From the NCBI RefSeq assembly GCF_009914755.1, contig NC_060928.1: a stretch of DNA of 64,000 bases. One strand, written 5' to 3'. Positions 60,983 through 64,000 of this stretch are shown here, in pieces; the first letter of the stretch is position 1, and each line of letters starts with the position of its first letter. Under the pieces are notes generated by a model, which saw only the letters and a program-made list of their open reading frames with translations, ran no database searches and had not been told where the DNA came from. This DNA is from the human T2T-CHM13v2.0 reference genome, Homo sapiens. A program made the position numbers and the translations under genes.

Positions 60983-61174
60983 GTCAGCTTTTTCAAATAG
61001 GTAAATATTTTTCTCATAATTGATTAATAAGTTACTAATAAGTAACTTATTAAACTCTCTCTTCAGAAATGTAAAACTCAGGTTAGCTTTTATTAAACTT
61101 TAAAAACACTGGCTTAGTGACCTCACATGGTTATAAAGCAAGAGTTCAAAAATTGTATATGTTAACATTTACTT

Positions 61175-61700
61175 TCTTATTCATTTAATAACACTTGTTA
61201 CATGCAAGTACTCTGCTAGTAACTAGTGATGGAAAGATAAATCAATCACACTCTACCCTCTAGGGGCTCATGGTTAAGTGAAAAAACATAATAGAAGCAA
61301 TGTGATAAGTATTATAATGAATAATAAAAAATAAAGTGCTATGGAGAACACAGGGAAAAGGCAGTTAACTATCAATAGAGAAAGTAACATCTGAACTAAG
61401 CCTTAGAAATTGAAGACAAGTTCATTCAGCTGACAATGGACTAGAACTTATTTCTAGCAAATAAACTGTGTACACAGACAAGAAAGCACAAGATACGCTG
61501 CTGGGTTGGCCAAGTAGTTCTGCATAGTTGGAACAAAGGGTGAATATGGAGAAAAGCTGGAGATGAGGCTTGCAGAGAAAAGCCAGTCACAGGAAGAGCC
61601 TAAAAGGCCTTACATGTTAGACTAACAATAAACTGTTAAGTAGGAGGGTTATATATGTAGAGAAAATATTTCTAAATATAGTGTGATATGTGGGATAGAT
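61175..61700 (-). mobile_element. L2 fragment
   Basis: attcatttaataacacttg...aagtgctatggagaacacaggg...ctgaactaagcctt. Confidence 0.6.
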
Positions 61701-61991
61701 GTATCTTAATGATGCTTTCAGCGATAAAGGCAGTGCCAGTAGAGGTAAGGGTGGGGCACAGTGGTATGAGAGATTACAAGTAATGCCACTGACAAAGGAT
61801 TAACAATCTAGGAAGTAGATATCTTTCAGGATCAAAAGAAAAAGAGATCAAGAGGACTCAGAATTCCAGGTTGGGTGATACGAACAATGGTAGTGCCATT
61901 AATTAAGCTGGAAATAAATTGAAGGAATACAAATTAGTGCAAAAGATAAAAAGAGACAAATTGGAACATGGCGAAATAAAAGGATGAAAGA

Positions 61992-62299
<308 letters not shown>

Positions 62300-62926
62300 G
62301 GTGAAAGAAAATGTAAAGCAAAAAAATCCCAGGACATGAGTTCAAGAGAGGAAAATCAGATGTATGCCCCTAAATAACACATCCAACACAAGAAATAGTA
62401 TACCAAGTAACAAGCAGAGACCCTCAATTTCAAGGAATGTGAGGTTGTTTTCTATTTTTCCAAGTAGAAAAAACTATATAAGCATATTTATAAAACTAAA
62501 AAAGCATTTTTAGCCATTAAGAATTTTTTTTGAAATTTAATATATGCATGGGGTTTAAAAGACCATACTGAAAAGAATACACAGTAAAAGTAAATATCCC
62601 ACTACAGGGCTCCAGTTTCCCTCCCTAGCACTGTCATCACTAATTTCTTGAATATCTTTTAAAATATGTTAAATATGTGTAAGCATATAGGTGTACATAT
62701 AACATATATCCTCCTTTAAATAGCCTATTAGAAACAGTTCTCAAGATACATTTTCTATTTCCTAAATATGATAGTACAGTAATCAAATTTATAATGGTAG
62801 CTCTATAAATCAAGTCAATATAAAAAGTCCTGTCTACACATAATTAACAGTCTTTGTTTATCAATAAATCCAGTGATAGTAAAGATTAAAAACAAAAACC
62901 CACAATTTTTCTTCCCAGAGACTGAC

Positions 62927-63026
62927 CTTTAGGGAATTCCTTGGGTAACAGGTTCTGAATGTGTGAGCACAATAGGGCCCATTCGCTTGAAGGTATTTTA
63001 CTCAAAACTTGAAATCTGGGCTCCAG
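62927..63026 (-). other. WDFY3: WDFY3 5'UTR exon (100 nt; probably exon 3 of the reference transcript)
   Basis: Minus strand: cctttttccccctctttctag|CTGGAGCCC...ATTCCCTAAAG|gtcagt, a strong polypyrimidine tract with AG and a GT donor. Non-repetitive sequence upstream of the ATG exon. Exon number is from memory of the gene model. Confidence 0.8.
62929..62982 (-). promoter_or_regulatory. Upstream ORF (MGPIVLTHSEPVTQGIP*) within the WDFY3 5'UTR exon
   Basis: gcgaATGg at 62982-62980 to TAA at 62931-62929, entirely inside the exon. Confidence 0.6.
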
Positions 63027-63124
63027 CTAGAAAGAGGGGGAAAAAGGTTATGAATTAATCTCTAATTCAGAATATTTTCCTCAACACAGGTAGCCCAGGT
63101 CCACTAACTATCTCATACATGAGG

Positions 63125-63295
63125 ACTTTTCAACCTTGGTTGGATACTGGAATCAACTAAGAAGCTTTTTAAAAAATGCTCTGATGCCCGGAAGCCACAC
63201 TCTGTTCAAATTAAGTCTCTGGGGCTAGAGCCTGGGCAGTGTTTTTATGGGTTTCCCAACTGATTCTAATGTGCATCCGGGGTTGAGAACCACTG
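63125..63295. mobile_element. MER5A-like element
   Basis: ggaatcaactaagaagcttttt...tgattctaatgtgcatccggggttgagaaccactg. Confidence 0.75.
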
Positions 63296-63383
63296 CCACA
63301 GAAATATAAAATCATATGGTATGGAGGTCACCTATAAACTTTTCAGCTTGTTGCTAAATAACGTATGAGTATGGAAAATGCAC

Positions 63384-63663
<280 letters not shown>

Positions 63664-64000
63664 GGGAAATGCACTTTTAAGATACTTGGGCAAAGGTGGC
63701 TCTAAATAACCAGAGTGTTCCTAACGCAGGACAAAGTGACGCTGGAGAGCCCACAACACAGGACTCAATAGGTATTCACCTCACATTTTCTGAACAAGCT
63801 TAAAATCCCAGGACAAACCTATTCTGGATATTTCATTATGAAAGAAACAGGATCAAATATTGAAAATCGCCTTTAAATCTTCCTGAATTACAAAGAAGTT
63901 ACATATTTAGAGATAACAACTATTAAAATTTAACTGAAAAGCAAGATACAATTAACTACTGCTTGACTGCAAAAATCAAAAGTGAAATAAACAAATTAAA

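Overview
Primate, most likely human, genomic DNA covering the 5' part of WDFY3 (ALFY, the BEACH/WD40/FYVE autophagy adaptor) on the minus strand. I resolved one 100-nt 5'UTR exon (62927-63026) and four exons with coding sequence (26412-26622, 15896-16019, 7147-7256, 2922-3083). They have GT-AG boundaries and consistent phases and splice to residues 1-192 (MNMVKRIMGRPRQEE...LLQKVFVQ). The rest is intron packed with about 35 Alus, old L1/L2/MIR pieces, LTRs, DNA transposons (MER44, Tigger3, MER63, MER58, MER5), a U6 retrocopy and a BC200-like retrocopy. Almost all ORFs in the supplied track are repeat artefacts. The best finding is a candidate cassette exon at 10449-10655 with two acceptors sharing one donor: a 54-nt in-frame form (EKQCALLSPKDFKATTPS) and a 207-nt in-frame form with one stop codon (possible NMD 'poison' form). 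Other findings are a 17-codon uORF, an internally deleted U6 copy and several rearrangement scars. I see no evidence for a wholly new biological system. Repeat subfamily names are by-eye matches and repeat boundaries are approximate.
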